A DNA stretch of 24,028 nucleotides from positions 1-24,028 of IMG/VR virus record IMGVR_UViG_3300020045_000874. One strand, 5' to 3'. The translations under genes were made by a program, and so were the position numbers. Source of the DNA: a virus (taxonomy: Duplodnaviria > Caudoviricetes). Below the pieces are notes generated by a model that searched no databases, was not told the origin of the DNA, and was given only the letters and a program-made list of their open reading frames with translations. Shown in pieces: positions 1-8,321 of the stretch (position 1 is the stretch's first letter; every line of letters begins with the position of its first letter).

Positions 1-72
1 CAAAGGTATGTTGAACTGTCTAAAAAACGCAGAAAAGAGTGGAATATTTTTCCTGAAATTGCAAAAACATGA
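1..72 (+). CDS. 3' end of an upstream gene (partial, ...RRKEWNIFPEIAKT*)
   Basis: Frame 1 is open from the window edge to TGA at 70-72, overlapping the next start as ATGA (69-72). Confidence 0.6.
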   Translation, partial: QRYVELSKKRRKEWNIFPEIAKT

Positions 73-1073
73 ATACAACAGCACAAGCAATATATTCTCA
101 TTACGAGAAAAAAAATTCAAGTGAAAAGCCAAGGCCGTACATTGGATGGTCAAGCATTGGAAGGCCATGTGATAGGGAGCTTTGGCTTAAATTCAGGGCT
201 GCATTCAATGATGGCGTAGAAGGACGAATTGCAAGACTGTTTGATACAGGACACCGAGAGGAAGACCGAGTTTTAAATGAGTTAAAAGCCATTGGATGCA
301 CAGTGCATAGCAGGGACTCAAAAACAGGAAAGCAATTTGCGGTTCAAAGTCACGGAGGCCACATGAGGGGTCATGCTGACGCTGTTGTATCTGGATTGCC
401 TGAAGACCCTAAAACAGTGCATTTGGTTGACGTTAAAACAATCAATCATAAAAAATATGCTCAACTGTTAAAAGTTGGAATGAAAACTCTTATTCCAGCA
501 TATTACGCACAGGGCCAAGGCTACATGGGTCATCTAGGATTAACTAGAGCAATGTTTATTTTTATATGCAAAGACTCGGATAGCATTCACTGTGAGTTTT
601 TTGATTTTGATCAATCTGAATTTGAAAAGTATGAAAAAAAAGCAGGAAGGATTATTTTTGCAGATCGTGCGCCACCACGTCTTAGTGAAGACCCGTCGTG
701 GTTTGAGTGCAAGTTTTGCAGTGCTAACGACCTATGCCACGGATCAAAGCTCACTAAAGAAGTCAACTGCCGCACTTGCGCAAATAGCACCGCAATGGAT
801 GATGGCACATGGCATTGTCAGCACTGGGATATGACAATACCAGACCTTAATTCACAGCTTGCAGGTTGCGATAACCATGTTTTGCACCCAGATATGACGC
901 CAGGATGGGAAATGGAAGGTACTAACAATGGAGTTATCTGGTTAACCAAAGAAGGCCCGATACACAATGCACCAGAAGGATATTTAAGCCGCGAGATTGT
1001 CGCCAATTGGCAGGCGTGCGCTAGTGGTGTGCGTGAGAAGTTTAGTGAGCTTGATGCGAGGGTAGTGGGGTGA
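69..1073 (+). CDS. Cas4-like / PD-(D/E)XK phage exonuclease
   Basis: 334 aa. N-terminal Cys (RPCDR) plus CKFC..C cluster, GH motif, GHADAV..LVDVKT catalytic motif, YYAQGQGYM, and an extra C-terminal CRTC..C..C..H cluster. Lies next to a helicase as in many phages. Confidence 0.85.
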   Translation: MNTTAQAIYSHYEKKNSSEKPRPYIGWSSIGRPCDRELWLKFRAAFNDGVEGRIARLFDTGHREEDRVLNELKAIGCTVHSRDSKTGKQFAVQSHGGHMRGHADAVVSGLPEDPKTVHLVDVKTINHKKYAQLLKVGMKTLIPAYYAQGQGYMGHLGLTRAMFIFICKDSDSIHCEFFDFDQSEFEKYEKKAGRIIFADRAPPRLSEDPSWFECKFCSANDLCHGSKLTKEVNCRTCANSTAMDDGTWHCQHWDMTIPDLNSQLAGCDNHVLHPDMTPGWEMEGTNNGVIWLTKEGPIHNAPEGYLSREIVANWQACASGVREKFSELDARVVG

Positions 1074-1079
1074 TATAAT
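1051..1079 (+). promoter_or_regulatory. Sigma70-type promoter for the homing endonuclease
   Basis: TTGATG (1051-1056), 17 bp spacer, TATAAT (1074-1079), with extended -10 TG at 1071-1072. Confidence 0.7.
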
Positions 1080-1146
1080 AGCGAAAACCCGGAAACATTG
1101 GCGTGTTGTCCGGGCTTCTAACCAAAATGCACTAAGGGTAATGCAC

Positions 1147-1788
1147 ATGGCTGATAGTAATTCTACATCATCTTTCTACGTCTATGTTCATCGCAGAGCT
1201 ACAGACGGTTCTATTTTCTATGTTGGAAAAGGAATAGATAACAGATCGAATGAATCAAAAAGCAGAAATCAACACTGGAAAAATATCGTAAAAAAACACG
1301 GGTATACGATTGATTTCGCACAAAAAGACATACAAGAATGGTATGCATTTGAGTTGGAAAAAGACTTGATTTCGTATTATGGACGTGAAAACCTTTGCAA
1401 TAAAACTGATGGTGGAGAAGGCTCAAGTGGACTTAAGCATTCAAAATCATCAATACAAAAGATGTCAATATCAAGCACGGGTAAAAAACATAGTTTATCT
1501 ACAAAACAAAAAATGTCAGATTGGCAAAAAACAAAAAAATTGACCACTGAACATAAGAAAAAAATTGCAGATTCAAACAAGAAAAGAGTTCTAAGTGCTG
1601 AATCAAAATTAAAAAACTCATTATCTCAGCCAAGTAAAAAACAGGTGATATGTATTGATACAAATCAAATGTTTGAATCAATCAAAGAAGCTGCAAGATA
1701 TTTTAAAATATATGCAAGCTCAATAGGTAAATGCTGCACAAATGAGTACAAACAAACTCAAGGAATGAGATTTAGATATGCAGCTTAG
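1147..1788 (+). CDS. Free-standing GIY-YIG homing endonuclease with NUMOD3 repeats and a NUMOD1-like C-terminus
   Basis: FYVYVH..FYVGKG motif, conserved R, E and N (LCN), NUMOD3-like GLKHSKSSIQKMS and GKKHSLSTKQKMS, then VICIDTNQMFESIKEAA. Visibly AT-rich. Second ATG (1147) is better spaced from the TAAGGG RBS; ORF track start is 1141. Confidence 0.85.
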   Translation: MADSNSTSSFYVYVHRRATDGSIFYVGKGIDNRSNESKSRNQHWKNIVKKHGYTIDFAQKDIQEWYAFELEKDLISYYGRENLCNKTDGGEGSSGLKHSKSSIQKMSISSTGKKHSLSTKQKMSDWQKTKKLTTEHKKKIADSNKKRVLSAESKLKNSLSQPSKKQVICIDTNQMFESIKEAARYFKIYASSIGKCCTNEYKQTQGMRFRYAA

Positions 1789-3436
1789 GGATTATCAAAC
1801 AAACAGCGTAACTGCACTTTACGAATGGTTTGAGAAAAACGAAACTGGCAACCCTTGTTTGTGCCTACCCGGCGGCAGTGGTAAGAGCGTTATTATCGCG
1901 GCTATTGTAAAAGATGCTTTGCAAAATTGGCCAGGTACGCGTGTTTTGATGCTTGTCCACGTCAAGGAATTACTGGTTCAAAATTCTGAAAAAATGCGCG
2001 CTATTTGGAAAAATTGCCCAATGGGAATTTATAGCGCGGCATTGAATCGACGTTGCGCAACAGAACCTATCACATACGCCAGCATTGGCACGGTTGCAAA
2101 ACGCGCAAAGGAATTAGGCCATATTGATATATGCATTATTGACGAAGCTCACTCAATATCTAACGAGGAATCAGGCAGCTATAGAAGCCTTATAAAAGAC
2201 CTTTTAGAGATCAATCCGCATATGCGGTGCGTAGGGCTTACAGCTTCGCCTTATCGCATTGGGCAGGGTATGTTGATCGATGGTGACAATGCGTTATTCA
2301 CCGACATAATCGAACCCGTTACGATTGTTGACCTACTGAATCAAGGATATTTATCACCACTTAGAAGCAAGCACACCGCGCTAACCTTATCTACAGACGG
2401 GGTTAAAAAATCAGGCGGTGACTTTATCGCTTCGCAATTGGCGCGTGCAGTTGACACTCACGACAACAATGTAATGGCTGTTAATGAAACAATAGCACGA
2501 AGCGAAGGTTGTAAAAGTTGGTTAGTGTTTTGCACCGATATTGCACACGCTGAACACGTTACGGACCTACTTAAAGAACGCGGCGTATTAGCTGAAGTGG
2601 TGCATGGAAAGTTACTTAGATCAGAGCGTGATGACCGTATAAATGGATTGAAAAGTGGCGAGTTAACCGCATTGGTTAGCGTTGGAATTTTAACCACTGG
2701 ATTCGATCACCCGGCCATTGACTTGATTGTCATGCTGCGACCCACCATGAGCCCGGGTTTGTATCTGCAATCCGCAGTTCGTGGCAGTAGGCCAGTATAT
2801 GCGACGGGTTATGACCTAAGCACAGAGGATGGGCGCTTTGACGCTATGGCGGCAGGGCCTAAGCCCAACGGTTGCCGCGTTCTAGACTTCGCCGGCAACG
2901 TCGCCACACACGGCCCAATAACTCAGATCACTCCACCAAAGCGTGGCGGTAAAGGCTCAGGAATAGCACCAACAAAGACCTGCTCCAACTGTGACGAGCT
3001 ATGTCACGCAAGCGTAAGACAGTGCGATTCGTGCGGCCACCAGTTCCCGCCACCAGAGGAAAAACCAAAAGAGGTTTACTTGCGCGGCGAGGACATCATG
3101 GGAATCGAACCCACAGAAATGCAGGTCACAAGCTGGGCATGGAAAAAGCACACAAGCCGCACCAGTGGCTTAGATATGCTCCAAGTCAGGTATTATGGCG
3201 GACTGTCAACCCCGGCGATTGTTGAATACCACGCAGTCAACCACACCAATTACGCAGGGATAAAGGCAAGGCAAACGGTTGCAGACATGGCAAAGCGGGC
3301 GGGCGTAACGGTAAGTGAAGACTTAGATCAATGTGCCTTTGACCTTACCAATGGGAAACCACCAAGCATGATAAGCCACAAAAAGAACGGTAAATTTTTT
3401 AACGTGATTGATAGAGTTTGGAGTAAAACAGAATGA
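1778..3436 (+). CDS. SF2 DEAD/DEAH-box DNA helicase with C-terminal Zn ribbon
   Basis: LRDYQ Q-motif, GGSGKS Walker A, DEAH, GLTAS, TTGFD, QSAVRGSR, VLDFAGN, CSNC..CDSC. Confidence 0.92.
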   Translation: MQLRDYQTNSVTALYEWFEKNETGNPCLCLPGGSGKSVIIAAIVKDALQNWPGTRVLMLVHVKELLVQNSEKMRAIWKNCPMGIYSAALNRRCATEPITYASIGTVAKRAKELGHIDICIIDEAHSISNEESGSYRSLIKDLLEINPHMRCVGLTASPYRIGQGMLIDGDNALFTDIIEPVTIVDLLNQGYLSPLRSKHTALTLSTDGVKKSGGDFIASQLARAVDTHDNNVMAVNETIARSEGCKSWLVFCTDIAHAEHVTDLLKERGVLAEVVHGKLLRSERDDRINGLKSGELTALVSVGILTTGFDHPAIDLIVMLRPTMSPGLYLQSAVRGSRPVYATGYDLSTEDGRFDAMAAGPKPNGCRVLDFAGNVATHGPITQITPPKRGGKGSGIAPTKTCSNCDELCHASVRQCDSCGHQFPPPEEKPKEVYLRGEDIMGIEPTEMQVTSWAWKKHTSRTSGLDMLQVRYYGGLSTPAIVEYHAVNHTNYAGIKARQTVADMAKRAGVTVSEDLDQCAFDLTNGKPPSMISHKKNGKFFNVIDRVWSKTE

Positions 3437-3603
3437 TGACCAAAAAAGAAAAACTGCAATTTGACACACTGAAGGCGCAGTTAGAAGTTGAACGGCAACG
3501 ATATGAAAAAGCAAATAAAGCGTATCGTGATGTACTTTACGAACTGGTTGACGCAAAAATCAAACTATCCAGAATTGAAGCCGTTATGCGAGGTGAAGAG
3601 TGA
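3433..3603 (+). CDS. Small coiled-coil hypothetical protein (56 aa, not in ORF track)
   Basis: MMTKKEKLQFDTLKAQLEVERQRYEK...RGEE*. ATGA overlap with the helicase stop and GTGA overlap with the next gene. Confidence 0.75.
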   Translation: MMTKKEKLQFDTLKAQLEVERQRYEKANKAYRDVLYELVDAKIKLSRIEAVMRGEE

Positions 3604-3926
3604 CTAACGCAAGAGCAAAAGGGCGTAAAGGCCAGCGCGAAGCAAATGAATTATTGACCGACTTGGATTGGAGTGTTGCAGAACTCAACGCTGGCACGGC
3701 AGTTGAAGACTTTATTGCCGTGGACCCCGACGGTAAAAGCTGGAGCGTAGAAGTAAAGAACACCGTAGTAATTACCGCCGCACACCGAAAGCAAGCTCAG
3801 ACTCAAGCTAAGAAAAGACGTTTGCCGTGGCTTCTGATCAACAAAATAGCAGGGACTAGCTCATGGCTAATACAGCGCCAAGGATTACGGCCTACCGTAT
3901 GGCATGAGAAAAAAGAAGATGAATAA
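3600..3926 (+). CDS. Holliday-junction-resolvase-like PD-(D/E)XK nuclease
   Basis: ARAKGRKGQRE..EDFIA..SVEVKN pattern typical of Hjc-like phage resolvases. Confidence 0.7.
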   Translation: MTNARAKGRKGQREANELLTDLDWSVAELNAGTAVEDFIAVDPDGKSWSVEVKNTVVITAAHRKQAQTQAKKRRLPWLLINKIAGTSSWLIQRQGLRPTVWHEKKEDE

Positions 3927-3935
3927 TTAAGCAAA

Positions 3936-3967
3936 TGTAGCGCAAAGCATTGAAACTGCGCTACACT
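3936..3967 (+). promoter_or_regulatory. Putative promoter with a 9-bp inverted repeat (possible operator)
   Basis: TGTAGCGCA (3936-3944) / TGCGCTACA (3957-3965) overlaps a TACACT -10 (3962-3967); AAAGG RBS follows. Confidence 0.5.
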
Positions 3968-3996
3968 AACAGCATCAACAACACGAAAGGCTAAAA

Positions 3997-4206
3997 ATGG
4001 AAAACGTACAAATCCCAAACTTTACAAATGAAGACTTTTTGACAATTACAACTCACATTCATCCTAGCCCGTTAATCGGTAAGATCGTTGTAGTTAGCCA
4101 AAAAGGATGTTCCATGCACTTTCAACACTCAATGACACCACAACAGGCCAGAGATATGGCTACAGCCTTGAATAACGCGGCTAACCAACTGGAGATGATG
4201 CTTTGA
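3997..4206 (+). CDS. Hypothetical early protein
   Basis: 69 aa with AAAGG RBS; ends MTPQQARDMATALNNAA; coupled to the next ORF. Confidence 0.7.
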   Translation: MENVQIPNFTNEDFLTITTHIHPSPLIGKIVVVSQKGCSMHFQHSMTPQQARDMATALNNAANQLEMML

Positions 4207-4430
4207 ACTACACATACATTTTTGACGGTGGCGAGCTGGAATGCGAGCTTGAATACGAACCAGCAGAGCGCGGAAGTCGTGAGAATGGAATGCAAATGGA
4301 GCCAGATTATCCAGAGTCTTGCACGCTGGAAAAGGCAAAGCTAAACGGCATTGACATTGCGGAATTGCTTTCTAGCGATGTTGTTTCGTTGATTGAATTA
4401 GAAGCACTTAACCAACAGGAAGAATATTAA
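4203..4430 (+). CDS. Acidic hypothetical protein
   Basis: 75 aa, TTGA overlap; YEPAERGSRE..EPDYP pattern seen in small phage proteins. Confidence 0.7.
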   Translation: MNYTYIFDGGELECELEYEPAERGSRENGMQMEPDYPESCTLEKAKLNGIDIAELLSSDVVSLIELEALNQQEEY

Positions 4431-4630
4431 TGACAGACAAAGAACAATATCTCGAAGCCTTGCGCGTGCGCCTTGAAGCCGAGGATTTTCTAAACAAAAA
4501 CCGTTGTTTCGATTGCGACAATCTCGACAAGATCAACGGAAATGTATGCGTTTTCAATGGCTCAGTTCCTGACGATTACCTGTACTCACCGAATGAGTGC
4601 GAGCAGTTTCACTACATTGTTCCGTTCTGA
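4430..4630 (+). CDS. Small Cys-rich (probable Zn-binding) protein
   Basis: 66 aa, CFDC..C..C, TAATG overlap, AGGAAG RBS. Confidence 0.7.
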   Translation: MTDKEQYLEALRVRLEAEDFLNKNRCFDCDNLDKINGNVCVFNGSVPDDYLYSPNECEQFHYIVPF

Positions 4631-4926
4631 TGGCTCAAACTAACTATTCAAAAACCATGTGCGGCCCAAAAAGCCGCAGCGCGATGACATGGACAGAATA
4701 TCAATCACGAAGGACTGAGTTTGCACCACGAGGTCAAGACTTGCCACAAGCCAAGCTACTTGATATTGATGTGATTGACATTCGTAGCGCAAAGCGCCAG
4801 AGGGACAACATGCTTAAATACATCAAAGAGAACTTGAGTAATGAGGCATTGTGTACCAAGCATGGAATCCACGCTAGGACACTTGAGAAAGTTTTAAGCA
4901 GAGAAACATGGTGTCATCTCCCATAG
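4630..4926 (+). CDS. HTH-type DNA-binding protein resembling the C-terminal module of phage HNH endonucleases
   Basis: RGQDLPQAKL..VIDIR..LCTKHGIHARTLEKVLSRETWCHL. Start placed at the TGATG overlap (4630) instead of the ORF-track 4597. Confidence 0.6.
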   Translation: MAQTNYSKTMCGPKSRSAMTWTEYQSRRTEFAPRGQDLPQAKLLDIDVIDIRSAKRQRDNMLKYIKENLSNEALCTKHGIHARTLEKVLSRETWCHLP

Positions 4927-4929
4927 GTG

Positions 4930-4938
4930 TGCTACAAT
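4930..4938 (+). promoter_or_regulatory. Extended -10 promoter element
   Basis: TG-C-TACAAT in the intergenic gap, followed by a TAAGG RBS and ATG at 4969. Confidence 0.55.
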
Positions 4939-4968
4939 GAATTATCAACAATTATCTAAGGTGTAAAA

Positions 4969-5145
4969 ATGGAAACAACCCGTAAATTCTCACGCACGCT
5001 TGACGAAGCATTTCCAAAAACGGTCAACTACGCATCGGCAATCACATCGTACAAGCGTATGCAATACGAGAAACTTGCAGACGTAATGCTGGCCGTTTCA
5101 ATCGGTATTGTCTTAACTTACGCTGCACTGGAGTACTTTTTGTGA
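4969..5145 (+). CDS. Small membrane protein (58 aa, not in ORF track)
   Basis: METTRKFSRTLDEAFPK...VMLAVSIGIVLTYAALEYFL*. TAAGG RBS and a C-terminal hydrophobic helix. Confidence 0.75.
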   Translation: METTRKFSRTLDEAFPKTVNYASAITSYKRMQYEKLADVMLAVSIGIVLTYAALEYFL

Positions 5146-5312
5146 GCAAAGACGCAAGCCAAAAATACCCAACATTGCGAGTACGAGTTACGCAAGAGCA
5201 ATATGACAAGGCATACCGTTTAGGCTGGCCTGGAATCGCCAAAGACTTTATCAACAACACAAAGGAAAAAAATGTCAACCAAAAAGAAAACACCGTCAAC
5301 AACTCTAAATAA
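5142..5312 (+). CDS. Putative ribbon-helix-helix-like small regulator (56 aa, not in ORF track)
   Basis: GTGA overlap, GGAG RBS; MSKDASQKYPTLRVRVTQEQYDKAYRLG has an alternating beta-strand then helix pattern. Confidence 0.55.
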   Translation: MSKDASQKYPTLRVRVTQEQYDKAYRLGWPGIAKDFINNTKEKNVNQKENTVNNSK

Positions 5313-5481
5313 GTTTGATGGTTTGTACGATGGCAAAGAGTTAAAACGTTTGGATGGCCGTCCCAACTCGATGGACGCTTACGACAAGCCAAGCATCGTC
5401 AATGGCGTGCGAATTGCTCACCGTCCTATGGTCAGCATGACTAGCAATGCGCGTACACCTTACGATTACTTTAAGGCTTGA
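5272..5481 (+). CDS. Hypothetical phage protein
   Basis: 69 aa, AAGGA RBS; YDGKEL..RPNSMDAYDKPS motif. Confidence 0.7.
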   Translation: MSTKKKTPSTTLNKFDGLYDGKELKRLDGRPNSMDAYDKPSIVNGVRIAHRPMVSMTSNARTPYDYFKA

Positions 5482-5482
5482 T

Positions 5483-5752
5483 ATGAAGACAAAACTACCA
5501 AAACAATGGCGAGATTGGTGTTCAACAATGCGCTTAAAACCGCTTTATAAGCGCGGTCAAGCTCAGTACCAATGGTTTTATCTAGTAGGACGCGGGCATA
5601 TGTGGCGAGTTAATTGCCACGGAATGTTTGAGCGTGGTGATACATACGCTGACTTTGATCGATGGGCACTTTGCGATATTAAATCAGTACAAGTACCAAT
5701 AACAAAAGCGGATTTTCGTATGGCGGTTAATTATCTTTTGGAAAAGCAATGA
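5483..5752 (+). CDS. Hypothetical Trp/Arg-rich protein
   Basis: ATG 5483 follows TAAGG and the previous stop (ORF track starts at 5447); ATGA overlap downstream. Confidence 0.65.
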   Translation: MKTKLPKQWRDWCSTMRLKPLYKRGQAQYQWFYLVGRGHMWRVNCHGMFERGDTYADFDRWALCDIKSVQVPITKADFRMAVNYLLEKQ

Positions 5753-6222
5753 GAAAGTCATGCAAGCGAAAGCACTGGAATACACCGCCTGGATTCAGCG
5801 CCGTCGCTCACGCCATCAATGGTGCGTGTGCTATTGACGATAAATTGCTGCAAGATGTTCGCATCCGTGAGCTGTCAGCAATCCAGTCTATGCAAGACCA
5901 CACTGCTACAGAGCAAGACTTGTATGACGTTTTGGCACTTCATCAAATGGCTGTAGTCATGGCCGAGAATGGTATCGGTAAGTTTGAAGTCATGCCTGTA
6001 TGCAACCAAGCCAGGACATCCATTGCAAACCTGATTAGACGGTTTGAAAAGTGGGGAAAGTTTGACGCACGCGAAAGCGAGATTACCATTTTGCGCGAGC
6101 TTTGGGACTGGCATGACGCACAGCGTAAAAGCATACCACGAAGCAAATACGGTAAATATTTGGACATCGCTATTAGCAGGCAGAAAAATAAAAAGTCAGA
6201 ATTTGGACTTTTGAATGCTTAA
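5749..6222 (+). CDS. Hypothetical phage protein
   Basis: 157 aa with basic N-terminus MRKSCKRKHW; overlaps both neighbours. Confidence 0.75.
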   Translation: MRKSCKRKHWNTPPGFSAVAHAINGACAIDDKLLQDVRIRELSAIQSMQDHTATEQDLYDVLALHQMAVVMAENGIGKFEVMPVCNQARTSIANLIRRFEKWGKFDARESEITILRELWDWHDAQRKSIPRSKYGKYLDIAISRQKNKKSEFGLLNA

Positions 6223-6682
6223 GTGCTTTAAGTGTGGAAAGCCTCTTAAATCAGGCGGCAAGCACTTTTACTTAGACGGCAAGGCTATCGGGCCAACATG
6301 CTACGATGAGCTAAAAAACAAGCCTCATAACTCGCAAGCAGTTATCAACGATCAACCAGACTTATTTAAGGAAACGAACATGAAATTTGAAACACTAGAA
6401 GCACAAGTAATCGACTGGGCCAAAGATCGTAAGATTATCCCAAATGCCACAAGCCAAACCCAGCTTTTGAAGACTGTTTCAGAGCTTGGCGAACTGGCTG
6501 ACGCACTAATCAAAGGCGACCGTGAAGGTGTGATTGATGGACTTGGTGATGTACTTGTGACGCTTATTATTGTGGCTGAAAAAGAGAATCTAGACTTGGT
6601 TACTTGCTTAGATGTTGCTTACCAAGAGATCAAGGACCGCAAAGGCACTTTGATGCCTAATGGTTGTTTTGTGAAGGAATGA
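6215..6682 (+). CDS. MazG-like nucleotide pyrophosphohydrolase with an in-frame N-terminal Zn-ribbon extension
   Basis: QLLKTVSELGELADAL..DGLGDVLVTL..AYQEIKDRKG..NGCFVKE is the phage MazG-like pattern. N-terminal CFKC..GPTC. Internal AAGGA-ATG at 6380. Confidence 0.85.
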   Translation: MLKCFKCGKPLKSGGKHFYLDGKAIGPTCYDELKNKPHNSQAVINDQPDLFKETNMKFETLEAQVIDWAKDRKIIPNATSQTQLLKTVSELGELADALIKGDREGVIDGLGDVLVTLIIVAEKENLDLVTCLDVAYQEIKDRKGTLMPNGCFVKE

Positions 6683-7011
6683 TGATGACTGATCGTGAAT
6701 TACTTGAGCTGGCGGCTAAGGCTGCTGATATACGGCTTGGCGGAGAGACTGATACAGGATATGCAATTGCGATCAGAGAAAAGCCATATGTCGCCACATG
6801 GAATCCGCTCACAGATGACGGTGATGCGCTGCGTACTGCTGTGAAGTTGAAGATACCAATGCAGTTTCCGGACTGGAGCAATGTTACTCGCACATGGGGT
6901 GAAAGGAGTGGTGCAGAACCATATGACGAGCTTCACGAAGATGACCCATACGCCGCCACCCGCCGCGCCATCGTTCGCGCAGCCGCTGAAATTGGCAAGC
7001 AAATGCCATAA
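6679..7011 (+). CDS. Hypothetical phage protein of a familiar family (possibly ABA-sandwich-like)
   Basis: MTDRELLELAAKAA..WNPLTDDGDALR..DPYAATRRAIVRAAAEIG. AAGGA RBS and ATGA overlap. Confidence 0.75.
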   Translation: MMMTDRELLELAAKAADIRLGGETDTGYAIAIREKPYVATWNPLTDDGDALRTAVKLKIPMQFPDWSNVTRTWGERSGAEPYDELHEDDPYAATRRAIVRAAAEIGKQMP

Positions 7012-7012
7012 C

Positions 7013-7040
7013 AAAAAACCCGCATTACGCGGGTTTGTTT
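7013..7040. terminator. Bidirectional intrinsic terminator between the convergent arms
   Basis: AAACCCGC-ATTAC-GCGGGTTT hairpin with an A-tract on the left and TTTGTTT on the right. Confidence 0.8.
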
Positions 7041-7548
7041 ATTTTGCCTCTAAAAGCAGCTTGTTTTTATCTGCACTGCCTGACGTTGTACCATACCAAT
7101 ATGACATAACCATCATAGCTACTGCATCCATTAAACCAAGTACGCGGCCAACTACGATTTCAGGCGTTTTCTCAGGATAGCCATAAAAAATAACCGTAAT
7201 CTCAGTTCCTAAAGTGCATATAAGCAAAACAAGCGACAGCCAAAAAAGCATCTTTTGTGTTCCGCCTGACACGTTATATTTACGTGCTGAATCACGATCT
7301 TTGAAGGCCAGTTCAGAATATTTAAACCCACGTTCTTTTTCATTATTCTGATACTCAAGTTCAAGTTCTTTTAGTTTCGTGATCTGGTCAGGCGTCAAGT
7401 TACCGGATTGAATGGCGCTTGTAATCTTGTCCTGAGTGGCTTCAGAGACTCCAAGCAAGCCACCTAATGCAGATACAGCCACGCCACCCAAAGGTCCTAG
7501 TAAGGCCGTTGCAACCGTTGGGGCGATAGACTTAAGCCATTCCATCAA
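7039..7548 (-). CDS. Holin-like membrane protein (3-TM type)
   Basis: Gly-rich hydrophobic N-terminus, two C-terminal TM helices and YWYGTTSGS motif; directly downstream of the endolysin. Confidence 0.6.
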   Translation of the reverse strand: MMEWLKSIAPTVATALLGPLGGVAVSALGGLLGVSEATQDKITSAIQSGNLTPDQITKLKELELEYQNNEKERGFKYSELAFKDRDSARKYNVSGGTQKMLFWLSLVLLICTLGTEITVIFYGYPEKTPEIVVGRVLGLMDAVAMMVMSYWYGTTSGSADKNKLLLEAK

Positions 7549-7952
7549 GCATGCTCCAGCAAAAAGTCATCAATCGAATTACCTCCTGTATTTTGAAAAT
7601 GCGGCTTATCCTTGAACTTCCACGAACCACCCCACTCAAGGCCAGCCAATGCGCCTACGGCACCGATACTCTGCCACAATCTAGCGTCATCCCAGATAGC
7701 CTTACCAGCCACTACAGGCACAACGTCAAATGCCACCCGGTGATTGTGAAAGCTGTAGCCAGGCTTTGCGTTGGTCACAATCTTGCCAATTGTTTTACGT
7801 CCCTGATCATACAAAGCACCCTGAGAAGCATAGTCCCGGTAAGTGCTAGTCACAATCAAGTCGATACCTTCAAGCAAGCACCCAGCGATTAACGCCTTTG
7901 CCTTCGCTTTTGTATCAGGCGTCAGATCGTCAAGACTTCGACTGTTTATCAT
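7545..7952 (-). CDS. Endolysin, M15-family (L-Ala-D-Glu peptidase-like) Zn peptidase
   Basis: TYR..Q..LY.QGR..VTNAK.G.SFHN..AFD..WGG.W..D.PHFQ with H/D/H Zn ligands. Confidence 0.9.
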   Translation of the reverse strand: MINSRSLDDLTPDTKAKAKALIAGCLLEGIDLIVTSTYRDYASQGALYDQGRKTIGKIVTNAKPGYSFHNHRVAFDVVPVVAGKAIWDDARLWQSIGAVGALAGLEWGGSWKFKDKPHFQNTGGNSIDDFLLEHA

Positions 7953-8003
7953 AGAGGTTCTCCCATTCGTTTTGCATCCAATGCAACATCACAATCCAGC
8001 ACA

Positions 8004-8315
8004 TCATTTGATAACTCCATGAAGTAAAGCAGCACCGACAACACAAATAACGCCAAGCATACCCATGACAAGCCAACCCGCTTTTTCAATCAGTCCAGGC
8101 ATTTTTACCTCGATTGATTGAATTCGCGCTTCATGGCCTTGCATAGTCTGAGCGCCTTCATTTAGCCTTATATTAATCACGCTTTGGCGCTCTTCAATAC
8201 GCACCAGGCTATTCAAAGTCTCTACGATGGTGTCAAGTTTAGTTTCAACCCTACCCATAGTTGAGTCGGTTGATTTTGCGTGGTGCTCCAATGCGATAAT
8301 TCTTGCTTCACTCAT
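8004..8315 (-). CDS. Coiled-coil protein with C-terminal TM helix (holin/antiholin-like)
   Basis: Heptad-like N-terminus, hydrophobic WLVMGMLGVICVVGAALL, located just upstream of the endolysin. Confidence 0.6.
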   Translation of the reverse strand: MSEARIIALEHHAKSTDSTMGRVETKLDTIVETLNSLVRIEERQSVINIRLNEGAQTMQGHEARIQSIEVKMPGLIEKAGWLVMGMLGVICVVGAALLHGVIK

Positions 8316-8321
8316 TTGGAT

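Noticed and set aside
69-1073. Cas4-like gene as evidence of a CRISPR-Cas system
   Set aside because: No repeat-spacer array or other cas genes seen; solo Cas4-like nucleases beside helicases are common in phages.
1074-1788. Group I intron or intein carrying the GIY-YIG gene
   Set aside because: Flanking genes look complete and only ~70 nt of non-coding sequence is present, too little for an intron core.
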